DNA of 64,000 bases from Podarcis pityusensis (lineage: Eukaryota), in NCBI GenBank assembly GCA_964106645.2, contig OZ067041.1; one strand, written 5' to 3'. The translations under genes and the position numbers were made by a program. Shown here piece after piece: positions 49,728 to 62,332 of the stretch (position 1 is the first letter of the stretch; each line of letters begins with the position of its first letter). Under the pieces are notes generated by a model. The model made no database searches. It saw nothing but the letters and a program-made list of their open reading frames with translations, and was not told the DNA's origin.

Positions 49728-50251
49728 AGGGCACAAAGTGGCAACCCAGTGCCCATCTGCTGTTGCTGCTGGATGTAATGTTGCACATGAGGAAACCTGG
49801 GTTCAAATACCCATTGAAGCCCAAAGCTTATTTGGTGACCTTTGGAGGTCACCATGATTAAATTTTAAGGGTTTCTTTGTCATGAAGAAAAAAAAATAGA
49901 TCTCTTTTCTTGAAAAGTTGTGCTATATCATTTCCTTTCCATCTTTTATTTCCATACATAGGCAAAACATGCCAAACAAAGCTACCGCGAACCTTAAAAA
50001 CCCGAGTATTTTCAATATGTTGCTTATGCTTGAAAACTATGCTGGTGGCATTGCTAATGAAGTGTGTACTCTACTGCTCTTTTAAAATGCACTTCACTTT
50101 GGCTTCTCAGTTCGTCCCTAAGATTGCGTTTCTTTCTTGCATTTTACTGATTTTTTATTTATTTTTTTGCAAGCTGTCTTGTGCATTTCTTGTAAAAAAA
50201 CAAAATGAAACACCCCATAAATAAATAAATAAGTAATGAAATACCACCTAC

Positions 50252-50471
50252 CTGTTTAGCAGGGCAGATCCGAAGGGGACAGATTCTCTGGGGTTCCTCT
50301 TTGGAAGCTTCTTTAAGTTCAATGGCCTGCTGTTCATACGTTAATCCTGTCAGAATCTCATCTTCCAACAACATCACCTCTTCGTAGGAGATGGGCCAAC
50401 TCGCATTTTCTAAGGCCTGGAGCAAAGATTCCTTACGTTCTATATACGAGACCGGCTTGTTCTGTTCGAAC
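50252..50471 (-). CDS. VWA3B: VWA3B exon (FEQNKPVSYIERKESLLQALENASWPISYEE...PAKQ)
   Basis: TAG and GTAGGT sites, phase 2-0. Resembles human NKPIQYLENK...WPISLKEL. Confidence 0.93.
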
Positions 50472-50521
50472 CTAAAAGCGAAAACGGGACTTGCACTCTG
50501 AGGCTACATAACAAGAGATAC

Positions 50522-50981
50522 TGTCAGGCTTAAGGGAATCCTATCCCTCCCACTGTGTCAACCAAGAAGCAGATAAACAAGAAGAGTTCTTACCAAGTGA
50601 TTTATTCAATATTCACAGAGAGAGATGAAGGAATGTGGTCTCTCTTAGATAATGGTGTTGCTCCAAGTAAAGTCCCACCCCCTTAGTCCCTGTGCCAGCT
50701 AACCAGTGCTTTCTGCCTCTGAGCTTTCAGTTCTACTACTCTCAAGGCACACCTAGTCCTGGGAGAGGAGGGGTCATGAATGCTTTCTAAAGACAACGAG
50801 TCTGTCATCTGTCTCTCCCCTGGTGCTTCTTCTTCCTACTGCTCTCCCAATATTTCCCAGCTTCTCCCCTCTGCAGCTATGACCTTCTGCAAACCACTGT
50901 TTTAAATCTATACTGTCCTCCTCTTCTCGGGAAGGTTCGGGGGGTGGTCCCCACCATTCCTCTTCAGTCCAATCCCTGACA
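50522..50981 (-). mobile_element. Probable solo LTR
   Basis: TGTCAGG...CCTGACA ends and minus-strand AATAAA near 50601. TSD is only partial. Confidence 0.6.
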
Positions 50982-51505
50982 TCTACGTATGTTGTGGGTG
51001 TCATGATCAACCAGTTGAAGAGTTTACAATAGACATAAGGAGGATTAAGTTTGGTCAGAATCGAGTATACACTTCCTGAGTTAATGCAAAATACATTACT
51101 TCTGGTCAACGAGCCACCATAGTCGCTAGAGGGGTGTGAAAATTTGCGTCCTGGGGTTTATAGACTTGTCTACCCATGTACTATCTGAAACCAAGGGAGT
51201 ATATTGGTTGCCAGGTGTGATTTTTTTCCCCTGGCTCTCCTATGCCACTAAGGAAGAACAAGCAGCAGCCTCCTCTAGACAACTTCGCTTTGACTTCTGG
51301 AGGCTTCCCGGCTTGGAAAGTATGGTGATGGGGAAAGTTGCAACTATTGAACTTGGCTGTTTTATGCTGTAGTTAAAAGCATGGAGCCCCCACGACGAAA
51401 AATGACGGCAAATTCATAGAGGTCAACCAGGGGCTCTTAGCTATGACAGGTAAATGGAACCTCCCAGGGTACAATCTGAAGGCACTTAAGACTACTACCC
51501 TGCTA

Positions 51506-51560
51506 AAGCTAAACAGGTCTGGGCCTGGTCAGTGCTTGGATGGGAGGTCGCTTGAGAACT
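51506..51560 (+). mobile_element. 5S rRNA-derived fragment (SINE3-type head or 5S pseudogene)
   Basis: AAGCTAAACAGGTCTGGGCCTGGTCAGTGCTTGGATGGGAGG resembles the 5S internal control region AAGCTAAGCAGGGTCGGGCCTGGTTAGTACTTGGATGGGAGA. Confidence 0.7.
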
Positions 51561-51779
51561 GCCTTGGGTTCCATGATGTAAGCAAAAATAACAGTACCTA
51601 CACAAGCACAGTATACATTTGCATGCCAGAGGCTGGGGACAAAGAAAGGCACTTCCCTTCATGTCCTGTTTGCAAACTGCCAGAATAATAAGGGTGATTG
51701 CTTCATGAAGCAGAATGCTGGACTAAGCAGACCTTCTTTTCCAATCAAGTAAGGTGAGACTTATCTTCATTTTGATCAT

Positions 51780-52160
51780 ACTGTGGTACTATGAGAAAAC
51801 CATACATTGGTGGGTTGGACGAGGACTAATAAACTGACTTCTGGCAAGACAGGGCTCTGTGGGTGTTTCCTGGGTCTGGGAAGTAGGTAAGTTGGCTGCC
51901 CTGGATGGGGTCGAACTCCCCTTGAAGGAACAGGAGTGCAGTCTGGGACTGCTCCATGATTCAGCTCTGTCACCAGAGGCTAAGGTGTCCTCAGTGGCTA
52001 GGAGTTCCTTTTACCAACTTCGGCTGGTAAGACAGCTACAGCCATTCCTGGACCAGAATAGTGTGAGCACAGTTGTCCATGCATTGATATCCTCAAGTTT
52101 TGGATTACCGTCATGCAGTCTATGTGGGGTACCCTTGAGCTTGGTGCAGGGGCTGTAGCT
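51780..52160 (+). mobile_element. L2 LINE RT-downstream fragment
   Basis: LGLLHDSALSPEAKVSSVARSSFYQLRLVRQLQPFL...VVHALISS. Confidence 0.8.
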
Positions 52161-53367
52161 AGGTTGCACTGGGGAGCAAAACACCTCCAGTGTATAACAG
52201 CCTGCCTGTAATGGCTCCAGGGTTCTTAAATAGCAGCTAGAGCGTTATCACGGCAGTTGCTGAAGGAAGGAGTGGCAGACCTGCTCTCAAAAAACCGTGA
52301 GAAAAGGAAGTACCACAGCTACCAACTCAGCAAGGGTCAGGTGACAGAAGGGCCCAATAGGGTTCCACTTGCACCAAAAAATCAACTATGTATGGGCTCC
52401 TGACAGAACACATTACGTAAGCACGGACTAAACCTGTGTTATTTAATTCATGCGAATTAGGCTAGAACTTTGCAGAATTAAACATATTAGGCTATTGGTA
52501 CAGGCTGGATACACTTCTTATGTGCCCAGTCATGAGAGAGGCATCCTCACCCACTAGCAAATGCAACATCAAGTGATGCTTTGCATACATGAAAAATATG
52601 ACATCATTTCCTATTAGCCACAACCAATACCCTCCAACATTTCTCCAGTGAGAATAGGGACATCCTATTCCATAAGAATAGCACCCCACCCATCTGACTG
52701 GGTAGCCCTAGACACTCTGGGCGGCTTCCAACATACATAAAAACATAAAAAAACATTTTTAAAAAGTTTAATAAAAAAACCTTCCCTATACAGGGCTGCT
52801 TTCATTTCTCCAACATTTCTCTGATGAAAAGAGGGTCGTCCTAAGGAAAAGCAGGACTTTCCAGGATCAAATCAGAAAGCGGGACGGCTTCTGTAAATCT
52901 GGGACATTCCCTTGAAAATAGGGACACTTGGAGGGTCTGGCAACCCCTTATGGATCTTGGAGCCGCTAGAGTCCGGGTGCGTGGGGGGGAGGGACAACCT
53001 GCAACCCTCAGTGAAGTTTCATGAAGATAGCAAGGAAGGGAGATAAGTCAAAAGGAGATGACAGAAAACAGAGAGAGAGAGGTCAAACAGAAAGAAAAGG
53101 GGGTGCCCCACCCACTTTTACCTCCAGCCCCCCCCATCACTGGCATATGGCCCCTGACAAACTTTCCCTAAGGGACTGTGGCCCTCAACAGAAAGCCCCC
53201 CCCTGCACTATAGAGATGATTTTAAAAAGCATGAAATAAAATGCCTAAAACTCAAGGTGCACTTCCAACGGAGACATGAAACAGTGGCTCCCATTCCATC
53301 TATACTTTTTAAAAAATAAAAAAAAAAAAAAATTCTTGAGCTGGAAAGCAAGAAGGCAGCATCTTAC

Positions 53368-53418
53368 TTGTCTTTTTCCTCCTGGGGTAACGCTCTCCAA
53401 ATAAGCTGATCAAGTCGC
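53368..53418 (-). CDS. VWA3B: VWA3B exon (RLDQLIWRALPQEEKDK)
   Basis: CAG and GTAAGA sites, 51 nt, phase 2-2. Resembles human RLNKIVWRALSQEEKEK. Confidence 0.92.
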
Positions 53419-55507
53419 CTGTTAATGAAAACACAACAGTTTCTCAGAGCGCAGTAAGTGCACTTAACGAGATTAAATAAAACAGAACGCTCCATTCTTT
53501 TTAAAATAGGGGAGGGAGACCTGTGGCAAATCTGTACTCTGAGAGGCCGTAAAAAAGAAGTGTCAAGCTGTCCTCATCGGCCAACTATGAAATTCAAAAT
53601 TATCCTCTGAAAACAAAGGCATCAGGAAAACATTGCTTTTCACAGTAACAATGTGACACAACCAGGGACGTGGAAGAATGCAGGTGAATTCCCATTGTAG
53701 CCTGCACAATGCTGTTCCATTGGGAGTTCCATCCAGTACAGAGTAATATAAACAAGCCACACAGCTGATAAAACATTAGTTGGTCAGGATTGATGCTGGC
53801 TTCACATATAACACACAATGGCTTGGTCTACAGATGTCCTATGTAATCTGAAGGTGCTTCTACTCATGCATGGGAGTAGAGGGGGCTGGAATCTGCATTG
53901 CACATCATTCTAGTGGGACAATTGACCCTCAAGGAGCTGAAGCTGGGGTGGGGGGCTTTCCAGGGTCTCAGGCAGTGGTCTTTCCCATCATCTCCTACTT
54001 GGCCATTTAACTGGACATACCGGGAACTGAACTTGCAATGCATATACTCTCCTACTGAGCCATGGCTTTTCCTTTCGATTTTATCAGTCTGGTAGCAAGC
54101 TACTACTCCACTAACAGGATATGTGGTGGTTTTCTACTGAAGGCCTGCTGAAACAATTAAGTGCCACCTTGAAGGTAAACCAACAAATCAAATCATTCAA
54201 CGGTTTCGGTAAAGCAGGGATGCGGAACCTGTGGCCCTTCCATACGCTGTTGAACTACAACTCCCATAATTCCTGGCTGTTGGCTGATGGGAGTGGAGTC
54301 CAACAGCATCTGGGAGGCAGCAGATGTTCTCCATCCCTGTGGTAAAAAAAAGGATACCAAGAGGACCTGCAGAATGGCAGCTTCTGGGAGGTTTGTTCCC
54401 ATGAAACGGGTCTGGTGAAGAGCCCTCAGGTGCAGCACAGCTCCCCCGGAAGGAATTTGGCAGCAGTCCTGAACTAACCCCGTCTCTCTCTGAACCACAG
54501 GTGCATCCTTTTGGCAGTCAGGGGCCAGAGCTACGACAGCATGCCAAGGGCATTTGTGCATTCCAGGGTATAATGAAGCATTCCAGGATAATTTTTGTGT
54601 CACATACTGAGATTCCCTAATTTATTCACAGGCATAAAATCTGACAGCCTCGGGATATTTATTTCTGAAGGGCACATGTTGCTTTCTGTTCGCCACCTGC
54701 TCCTTTTCTTATGCCTGTGATTATTCCAAACAATAATTCACTGTAGTTTTAAGATCTCTTTGTTTCGGGGGTGGGGTGGGGTGTCATTCACCGCCCAGCA
54801 GGAAATATTCTCCTTCTTTCTGGAAGGTATGGCATTATTGTTACTGCCATTTTTTGCTTCAACTAAATATCATGCTAATAGCGCTTGGGTTATTTATCGA
54901 GGAGGACGAGTTAATGTCATGCGTCCTTCTTCATTAAAGCTTTTCCGTGCAAAGACAAATTGGACAATTTGGCAGGCATCAAATAAAAGTTCGACCTATC
55001 GCGATTCAGAAACTTGCGCTTCAACCCCTGCAAATTCAATTTGCAGAAATATAATGTACCATTCGTGGCGTAATAGACAAGCCTGAACAGCTGCTGTGAG
55101 AGACATTTAGAGTTATTGCTTGGTCATTTGCAAACAGCTCCATATTGAAATTTGTCCTCTTGATATTCCAGCTTGGAGAAGTCCCATAGGGAAAACAGTA
55201 ACTGTTTCAAATATATAATGCTATTTTACAGCTGAAGAAATTCAAATCGTACAGTTGTCTTCCCCCAAAACGCCAACCAATCTTAGAGAGGAGCAGAAAA
55301 CACATTTCTGTCTTGAAAAGCAAGTTAAAAACTTTGAGGAAGATAAATGCATTATTTCCAAATGCCTAAAATCAACTCTATGAATAACTAATGGAGTATT
55401 AATAAATATTAATGGCCAAATGTATCTTGCATATTACATTTATTTATGTCCTAGTCTTGAAAATGTCAATTAATAAAAATACTTTGTGTGTACAAGAGTA
55501 GACTTGC

Positions 55508-55626
55508 CTTTCATACACTTTGATTGCTTCTTGCAACTTCTTCTTATAAGCATCAAGATCCACTGCTTGAGGATTGATCAGCGTGACATATTTCTTATTG
55601 TTGCTCACATGGGCAAAGGGGAGAAC
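55508..55626 (-). CDS. VWA3B: VWA3B exon (VLPFAHVSNNKKYVTLINPQAVDLDAYKKKLQEAIKVYER), GC donor
   Basis: CAG acceptor. Donor AAG|GCAAGT gives the required phase 2. Confidence 0.9.
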
Positions 55627-55986
55627 CTGCCGCAGAAACACAGGATCAGGCCTTTGAAACTTGTCACTGTCAAATTCTGAAGCATGCACAGCCATAGAAT
55701 GTATTGAGTCTAACTAGGCTAAGTAGGGAACAAAAAGAAAGCTTTGAATGCTACTAGCCCACAAATCCCCAGCACATGTGATTGTTTACCTAGCAATTAT
55801 AGGTACGCTTCCAGGGGGCAGGGTGGGGGATTACAATAGAAAAAGGCAGTTAACAAATTACAATTTAGCTAAAAATAACTATAAGCCAACAAGAAATAAA
55901 ACAGTAAAATCCAAGCAGCTTTAAACAGTAAAGAAGCCTTTCGCAAGGGCTGACATGAATACAAAGTAGGCACCAAGCAGACCTCA

Positions 55987-56138
55987 GCCTGGATAGCTCA
56001 GCTGGTTAGAGCGTGGTGCTGATAACGCCAAGGCTGGAAGTTCGATCCCCATGCAGGACAGCTGCATATTCCTGCACTGCAGAAGGTTGGACTAGGTGAT
56101 TCTCAGGATTCCTTCCAACTCTACAACTCTATGATTCT
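55987..56138 (+). mobile_element. tRNA-Ile-derived SINE with CR1-type tail
   Basis: GCCTGGATAGCTCAGCTGGTTAGAGCGTGGTGCTGATAACGCCAAGG...GTTCGATCCCC followed by CTTCCAACTCTACAACTCTATGATTCT. Confidence 0.82.
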
Positions 56139-56558
56139 CTCTGGGGACAGCATTTGACTCACCTCACATTCAGATGGTGAGGGCACACAGAGGAGGCCAT
56201 CTACTGAAGACCTCATGGGAAATCTAAAATACTACCAAAATTATGCCAGGTGTCACTGTGATTCATACAATAACAGTGGGCTAACGTCTGTGTACTGCTG
56301 GGTTTATTACCACCCCACATTAACATACCACAGCAAAATTAAAGCAGGAGTTCACTCTACAAGCTCGTTGTAACTATTATGTCTCAACCGGTGTCTCTGT
56401 GTGCTTATTTTTCCTCTTCCCTCCACATTCCCTTTGTGCCATATCTACTAGATTTCTGTAAGTGGCAGAACGCCACTAGATGAATGTGGTGCCCAAATAA
56501 GGAATAAAGCTAACCAAATGGAAGGCACTTAAGTCCCTGCCGTTTAACCATTTGCACA

Positions 56559-56778
56559 GAGAGAAGACTCCCTGGAAAAGACCCTGATGTTGGGAAGGAT
56601 GGAGGGCACAAGGAGAAGGGGACGACAGAGGACAAGATGGTTGGACAGTGTTCTCGAAGCCACCAACATGAGTTTGACCAAACTGCGGGAGGCAGTGGAA
56701 GACAGGAGTGCCTGGCGTGCTCTGGTCCATGGGGTCACGAAGAGTCAGACACGACTAAACGACTAAACAACAACAACA
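56559..56778 (+). mobile_element. Bov-B LINE 3' fragment
   Basis: GAAGACTCCCTGGAAAAGACCCTGATG...CACGACTAAACGACTAAACAACAACAAC. Confidence 0.9.
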
Positions 56779-57427
56779 AACCTAATAGAATGTCACAAAT
56801 GCAGCATAAATCACACAAATCAATTAACCAATCATCAGTAAAAACTATTATAATCTACAAAACACTAATAACAAAAAAGGAACTTAAAAATAAGCTGAAC
56901 ATCACAATTACAGCAAAATCAATACGGCGTTTATAATCAATAAAACATTAACAACTTTAGCTAAATAGCAACTAAAGAAATAAGCTAAGCGCTGCTAAGG
57001 TGGTTGTTCTTTAAAGCACTTTAGAAACCACAATGAAGCCTCAAGAATTCAGGGATCCCACAGAGCTCAGTCTCTTTTCCAGGCTGGCTCACCAAGCGCA
57101 AAATGTTGGCGTGCCAGTGGCTTCACATGCAACCTAAGTGATCTGTGACCCAGAGTCAGTATTTGAAAAACAAGATGTTAGTACACTGCCACCTATTGGT
57201 AAAAAAGGGAGGAAATGCAATTAAAGGAATCCTGGACTGGGAAAAGTGAACAACAACAGGGGAGGGGGGGTGTTGACTACAAAAAGGTTTGTGAGAAACT
57301 GTAGAATTGTGAGGGTGTGAGGGCAGAGGTGAACTTCACTGGTGGAGATGCAAAACTCACTAGCGCTCCCCCCAGCTTATCTCTAGTAGCCAGGGGGCAA
57401 CCATTCCCCCCACAGAATGGCCCTTGA

Positions 57428-57950
57428 ATTTATTATTTTGGTCACAGACCAGTTCCAGCCCACATACAATATCAAGGAAGTCATAAAACACAATAGGGAT
57501 TCATTTGAATTTGCAATTAGATATAACAGGGACACTACAGATATAGCAACAGTTAAAAAATATATAAATTAAAACTTAGTCACTAACATATAACCTAAAA
57601 TTATTATTTAAGGCCTTAATCATTAGGATAGCACAGCTTGTTCCCTAAGTTTTATGGCAAACACACAGAATTTGGCTACCCTTAATGTGATCTCAGGATC
57701 CTTGTCCTCTACCAGGGATTTTAGACATTGAAGTTCAGATTCATTTGGAGATTTTTGCATAGCAGGGGTAATAAATACCGAGCGTATATCCCTGTAGAAA
57801 CAGCAGCGTAACAAGGCATGAGAGACAGTTTCTACCTCCATCAAGCCGCAGGGGCAGACTCGTTCCACGTATGGTTTACCCTCGAATCTGCCCTGCAATA
57901 AGGCAGATGGCAGCACGTTGAACCTAGAGAGGGTAAATGACCGTCTGTAT
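57428..57950 (-). mobile_element. Non-LTR retrotransposon 3' fragment with CCHC finger (RTE-X-like)
   Basis: RFNVLPSALLQGRF...ERVCPCGLMEVETVSHALLRCCFYRDIR. The clade assignment is from memory. Confidence 0.7.
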
Positions 57951-58716
57951 TTATGCCCCTTGAAATTTCGGGAGGGGGGGAGAGAATGATGGCCATCAGC
58001 ACAGAGATGTCAGACATGCGAGCTGAAGCATTGATTCATTTCACTCCCATGCCCTTGCCCTCAAAATGGGGCCGTGAAACTTTGCGGGAGATTGGCACTG
58101 CGTCAGAAACAGCATTAATCCAAAGCAGAAATTAACTTTTCTCAGAGACTAATCCCTTTCCTAAAACTGTTGTTTATTTCAGGTACATACACTGAAAACT
58201 CACACGTTATCAGGATGGCTTTAAAAGAGGATTAGACAAATCATAGAATCATAGTTGGAAGGGACCCAAGTGTCATCTAGCTCAACCCCCTGCAATGTAG
58301 GAATCCCAGCTAAAGCACCCAATAAGACTATCAGCAATGCCTTAAAAAGTTTGTCTTCTCTCCTAACTGACTTCATATGCCCCCAGGCAGTCACATCTGA
58401 TTGGCTGCATAGCATCTTGACATCATGCAATTGACTAGATGATCCTCAATTGGCTGGGATCACACATGTGACTTGATCCAGAAAGGAGGAACAGCACAAA
58501 AGAGGTAAGGATGGCAAGAAATATAGGATTGTGAAGGAAAGCAGACTGTCCTTGCAATTAAAGGGTTTACAGTGAAATATTTCTGGACGCTCTCTTATCC
58601 CCGTCAACAGTCCCAGATATCAAAATGGGAACATACTCAACACAACCTGAATCCTTGCTTGATTCAGAGTCACTCTGTTGATGTGGAGTTTCCCCAGAAA
58701 CAACTAAGAGACTTAC

Positions 58717-58873
58717 ATCATCAAATACTCTTGAAACAACATGTTTGTCTAGAATCGGAATGTATTTGGTTGTGCGAGGAACAGCTGTTGGGGCCAAAGC
58801 ATCCATTATGGTGAGTCGCCTAGCAACCAAACCATGAGTCTTCAGCCACTTAGCAGAAGGGATATCTAAAGGG
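58717..58873 (-). CDS. VWA3B: VWA3B exon (PLDIPSAKWLKTHGLVARRLTIMDAL...HVVSRVFDD)
   Basis: GTAAGT donor. Acceptor AAG at 58873 (phase 2), with an alternative TAG at 58865 (phase 1). Strong match to recalled human WLKTYGLVAKKLTLMDAL. Confidence 0.92.
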
Positions 58874-58970
58874 CTTTTTAAAAGACAGAAGGAGAAAATA
58901 AATGAGACACTGAAACCCATTCAAAAATACCCCTCCACCCTCCAAAATCAAGTTCATCAAATCTACTTAC

Positions 58971-59001
58971 TCTTTATCTATCTTTTTATCTTGTGTCTTC
59001 T
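58971..59001 (-). CDS. VWA3B: VWA3B 31-nt micro-exon (KTQDKKIDKD)
   Basis: CAG acceptor, perfect GTAAGT donor, phase 1-2 bridges the neighbouring exons. Confidence 0.65.
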
Positions 59002-60202
59002 CTGCAGCAGGCACTTAAAAACAAGATTATTGTGTCATTTCACATGTGCCAGTACTGGAGAACGAACAGTCAGGAGCACAGGGTTGCCTAGAGTATAAAG
59101 TCCCGTCTGCACTACACATTTAACGGAGTATCATACCACTTTAAATAGTCATGGCTTCCCCCAAAGGATCCTGGGAACTGTAGTTGGTCAAGGGTGCTGA
59201 GAGTCATTAGAAGACCCCCTATGTCCCTCACGGAGCTACAGTTTAAAGTGGCATGACGCTGCCTTAAATGTACAGTGCAAAGGGGGCCTAAGTCCCAAAC
59301 GAACCGAGACCAAAGTTAGAAGGGCAAGGGTGAGGCACAGGCAGACCAAAGAATAGATGGGAAAGCCAGACAGTTGGAAGGCTCTTGAGACAGCCACTCC
59401 ACCTGGCTGCTCTGCCCAGGTGACAGGCCCAGGGCCCAGTGAGCTGATGGAATGGGTTAGGCTATTCTGGAATTTGGGAGTGTGGCACGACACTTGCAGC
59501 CTTCTCTCTGCAGCCATGATTGGCTCACCAGGGAGGGGCAGCCAAACACAAATCAGGAGCACACACCAAAGAAACACCTAACAACATTCTAGTCCCAGCA
59601 TGAAAGCACGCCCGCCACTGCATTTAACATTACATTAAATGCACAGCAGGCAGCGGCACTGCTAGCTTTAAACGAAAAAAGAAGTTAATACTGAGCGCAG
59701 GAAGACCCTATTTTAACAAAAAAAACCACCGTACACTGAGAGAGAAGGTTCAATATTTAAGCTTTAATCCTTCCCTCCTCCAGAGGCAATTAAAATGACG
59801 TCTTACCCACCTGCTGTTAGAAAGCTTCCATGGGCACCAAAGGGAGCTTTCCCCCATAAGGGTGGTTTTCATGGGATATTGGATGATTTGACAGGGGGCG
59901 ATCCCACCAACCTGTCCAAGTTGGTCTACAGGGGGCAGGAGTGGAGATAAAGATCTGGCCCAGCAGGCCATAAACGTTCTCCACCGCTGGCTCAGAGGAA
60001 TCAAACATGGATTCTGTACAGCTTCCCCCCTGCATAACCGCAGTGGCCTCAGGACCCAGTAGGTGATGGAGGAGAGGGTTTCGTTCTCTCAGGAGCACAG
60101 AGTGCAGTTCAATATTCAGTTAACTGGATATTCCATGGACAGGGCTAAGGCGTGCGGAAACAAATGGAGGCCTAAGCATTAATGAAAAGGGCCACAGCTT
60201 AC

Positions 60203-60295
60203 TTTTTCTTTCGGGAGATCCTCTTTCATTTGGACTTTGTTCAGAAGGCTTTCCTGCATAGCGTTGCGTCCTAAGCATGCTGCTCCTTGTTTGTT
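60203..60295 (-). CDS. VWA3B: VWA3B exon (EQTRSSMLRTQRYAGKPSEQSPNERGSPERK)
   Basis: CAG and GTAAGC sites, phase 1-1. Confidence 0.82.
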
Positions 60296-61878
60296 CTGCA
60301 GAAAGATGTTCACAAACACACACAAGCAACTTAATAACAAACCAGAAGTCTGTTCAGATTCTGAAAGGCAAAAGAACTTTTTAGTGCCTCCAGCCCTTTA
60401 GGCAAGAACTGCCCTGGAAACCTCCTCACAGACAAAATGCACAGCCTCCATAATTAATTCTCTACACTTTTCAATTCACTATGTGACTCAGTTGAAGCTA
60501 TAGCTGCTTCTGGGCAGAGTTGGGACCACACTCATAAGCTTCGAATATGCACTTTAAAATATATATGCTGGAATTTTGACATTTTGATTTTGCATGCCAA
60601 GATAAGGCAGCAAATCCAGCTGTTTGGGAACAGGGCCATACAGCCATTTTCAAAAAGGTAACAGGTCAAAGGAGTTTTTCTCCCAGAGTTTCTGTTTTTT
60701 AATGATGTGTTCAAAATGCGAAAGGTTCAGATATAGAGTGCAATCGTACGTTAACTTACCTGAGCGTAAGTCCCACAATACTTAAGGAAACTCACTACTG
60801 AGTACAGTATACATGAATAGGATCGTGCTGTTCAGGAAGACTCCATTCATGGTGCTATCCCAAAAAATTACATGAATTTCCCACTTAAGAAAAGACACTG
60901 TGTTTCCTTGCGAATCGGAAGGAATAGCACTGCTAATTCATTCAAAACCCTGATTTTGTCCAGTTTTAGATGTTTCAGATAATCAGAAATCAGGATGCTG
61001 TTGAGCATTATAAAATTGCATTGTACCTTCAGATTTTCATGTCTCCATGCCACAAACTTACAGGGAACTTTCCAGACTCTCATCCCACTGACATCCACAG
61101 AACCCCTTTCTACACTGGAGAACTGAGGTCAGCTCTTCGCGGGCCGAAGGGAATTCCTTTCCCCTTCAAACCAACAGGACATGCAACACAGTACATGCAA
61201 CTAGAAGCAACTAGAAGCAACTAGAAGCAGGATTCTCTTTTTGCCCCACAGCAGGTTAATAAAGGGAGGGTTGGCAAAAGAATCATTGGAAGGATCAATG
61301 GGGACAGATCCCACTGTTCAGGATTTTTTTTCCCAGCCAAAACTCGACAGAACCCAGTTTCGTCACCTCTCAGGTAGGCGCCATTGCTATTCTAAGAGAA
61401 TGAGAGGGGTGTTCATGGTGAGTTCTGGCACCTCTTTTTCCAGAAAAATAGCACTGGCACCGCTATATCCTCATAGCTGTTCACAAATCTGCAGATTTCC
61501 CACTGCAATCTGGTACAGAAAACAGAAAACCACCTGAATATATATATTTTAGTGTCATTTTAAAAACACAATTATTTTATTTTTAGTGAAGGGACCACAA
61601 TAATGAGGCAGACTGGAAAACAAATAATAAGAGAAAGTTCTGGCGCGCGCATGCGCGCGCACACACACACGCACACACAGAGATCCATTTTAGACTTCAG
61701 TTGGAACTTTCTCCATGCTAGTCGTCTTTCGAATGTAGTTTTGAGAGGACTGCATTTCCATGGTCTGTGCAGCACCTAGCACACATCTGGTGTTAAACCA
61801 TGTGGAAGAAGAGGTTTCATATTCAAGCTGTCAGAGACGGGACATGTTTCACTGAGGAATCTCCACAATCTGTTTTAC

Positions 61879-62063
61879 CTGCGTATAAGGCTTTCTTCCT
61901 TCTGGTTGGACTTTCAGAGCGACCCTGACGTCCATCCGTACCAGGTTCTGGTGAAGCCGTTGCAGGCTCTTCAGAGGCCCAATATGGCCTATCTGGAGAT
62001 GGGGGATTCAGTCCCTCACCGTGTGTGGTTGCTGCGGATGCAGCAAAAGGCTGCCTGCGATGT
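61879..62063 (-). CDS. VWA3B: VWA3B exon (HRRQPFAASAATT...SPTRRKKALYA)
   Basis: CAG and GTAAAA sites, phase 2-1, open frame. Confidence 0.8.
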
Positions 62064-62195
62064 CTGTTTAAGAAACAGGCAAGTCACTACCTGCGCCGAA
62101 GCAAGCACACACATACACACACCCACATATTTGGGAGAAACCGCTTTGAGAAGTGAGAAGCCTGAAATAAACACACATATTGTATTCAACTAGGT

Positions 62196-62332
62196 CAGGG
62201 TTTCCCCAAACTTGGGCCTCCAGCTGTTTTTGGACTACAACTCCCATCATCCTTAGCTAGGAGGACCAGTTGTCAGGAATGATGGGAACTGTAGTCCAAA
62301 GACAGCTGGAGACCCAACTTTGGGGAACTCTG
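62196..62332. mobile_element. Palindromic hAT MITE
   Basis: TIRs CAGGGTTTCCCCAAA / TTTGGGGAACTCTG and 8-bp TSD AAC(T/C)AGGT. Confidence 0.8.

Noticed and set aside
51506-51560. 5S rRNA gene
   Set aside because: Only ~55 bp, diverged, with no 5' half or terminator.
55987-56060. Functional tRNA-Ile gene (also the tRNA-Lys-like sequence at 44681)
   Set aside because: The stems are degenerate and each is fused to a CR1-type tail, so these are SINE heads.
61197-61229. 10-bp tandem triplication (GCAACTAGAA), and a 20-bp duplication near 5382-5426
   Set aside because: Ordinary slippage duplications with no further structure.
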